NCBI GenBank assembly: GCA_977020255.1 | Contig: CDROCS010000681.1 | Location: 186,001-250,000, forward strand | DNA length: 64,000 nt | Direction: 5' to 3' | Origin: Obrimoposthia wandeli | Lineage: Eukaryota | Shown: positions 63,421 through 64,000 of the stretch, piece after piece | Position numbering within the stretch: position 1 is the stretch's first letter | Layout of the letters: each line of letters starts with the position of its first letter | Made by a program: the position numbers and the translations under genes | The notes under the pieces: generated by a model | Database searches by the model: none | Told to the model about the DNA's origin: nothing | The model's input: the letters and a program-made list of their open reading frames with translations, nothing else

Positions 63421-64000
63421 TTAATCAATTTTTAACTTCGGGTTTAACAGTTTCCTTTTAAAATTCATCTTCTCAAAACTGGTTTCTTTTGTTTGTTTAT
63501 AGATGGTTATTCCCGATGGATTGAATACATCAGTTCTAACTCTAAAGTCATCGGGACAATCTTGAGTAAAATCAATAAAAATGTATCCATGAGGAATAGT
63601 AGTTGCATCTTGAAATGAATCAATTAAAAACTTTCTATTATTCGGGTAAGCTTGTCTTGAAACAAAATCAACAACCGTCTGATCACGTGGATTCTTGAAG
63701 AGAACAAGGTAATGTACATTTAAATTACGAGTTCTATGGTTCCCTCCTTGATGAAATAGATTTTGTGTGATGAAAATAACAGTTACTTCCCGATGTCGTG
63801 CTATTTTAGTGAATAAATTATTGAAATCACTCTCTTTATTTGCTTCTTGATATAAATCATCAATAACAATAACATCATGTCGTTGTAATCGCTCAGACCA
63901 ATTATCATCGAATCCATTAATGACTTTTATATTTTTTGATTTTCTTAAACTCTTTACTGGTTAAACCAGCTTCTCCATCTCCTCCCTGATGCCAGTATAT
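63421..64000 (-). CDS. A32/FtsK-like genome-packaging ATPase, C-terminal part (partial; +1 shift at 63932-63937)
   Basis: Hand translation, absent from the ORF track: VIVIDDLY (Walker B), KIARHR, IFITQNLF, LFKNPRD, HGYIFID, FRVRT; stop at 63423-63421. Confidence 0.92.

Larger units (their letters stand above)
54353..64000. mobile_element. Maverick/Polinton (adintovirus-like) element, left part; continues beyond the window
   Basis: AGTAG terminus, repetitive subterminal region and co-oriented ATPase-integrase-penton-MCP-protease genes; pPolB and the right TIR are not in the window. Confidence 0.95.

Overview
AT-rich eukaryotic (invertebrate animal-like) genomic DNA, dense in decayed mobile elements; I cannot identify the species. 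Host genes: an 8-exon mitochondrial carnitine/acylcarnitine carrier (SLC25A20/colt/dif-1 family, minus strand, 1720-21557, 298 aa, reconstructed by hand), an intronless divergent PABP-like 4-RRM gene (32138-33340) and a MiT/TFE-USF-type bHLH exon (43719-44299). The carrier's introns hold an R2/NeSL-type non-LTR retrotransposon, a pogo remnant, a gypsy remnant and an old Polinton fragment. The main object is a Maverick/Polinton (adintovirus-like) element that starts at an AGTAG terminus at 54353 and runs off the right edge. Its core genes are a packaging ATPase, integrase, minor and major capsid proteins, an adenain-like protease and small basic proteins. Its accessory arm carries an IAP, a two-repeat TBP-like gene interrupted by a 38-nt GT-AG intron, a half dual-specificity phosphatase and a possible SSB-like ORF. 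Its subterminal DNA is an array of E2F-, RORE- and AP-1-type motifs, and a second, orphan copy of the terminus sits at 38832. Most frameshifts in the element fall in homopolymer runs, so it may be more intact than this assembly suggests. All family assignments come from motif recognition by eye; no database search was run.
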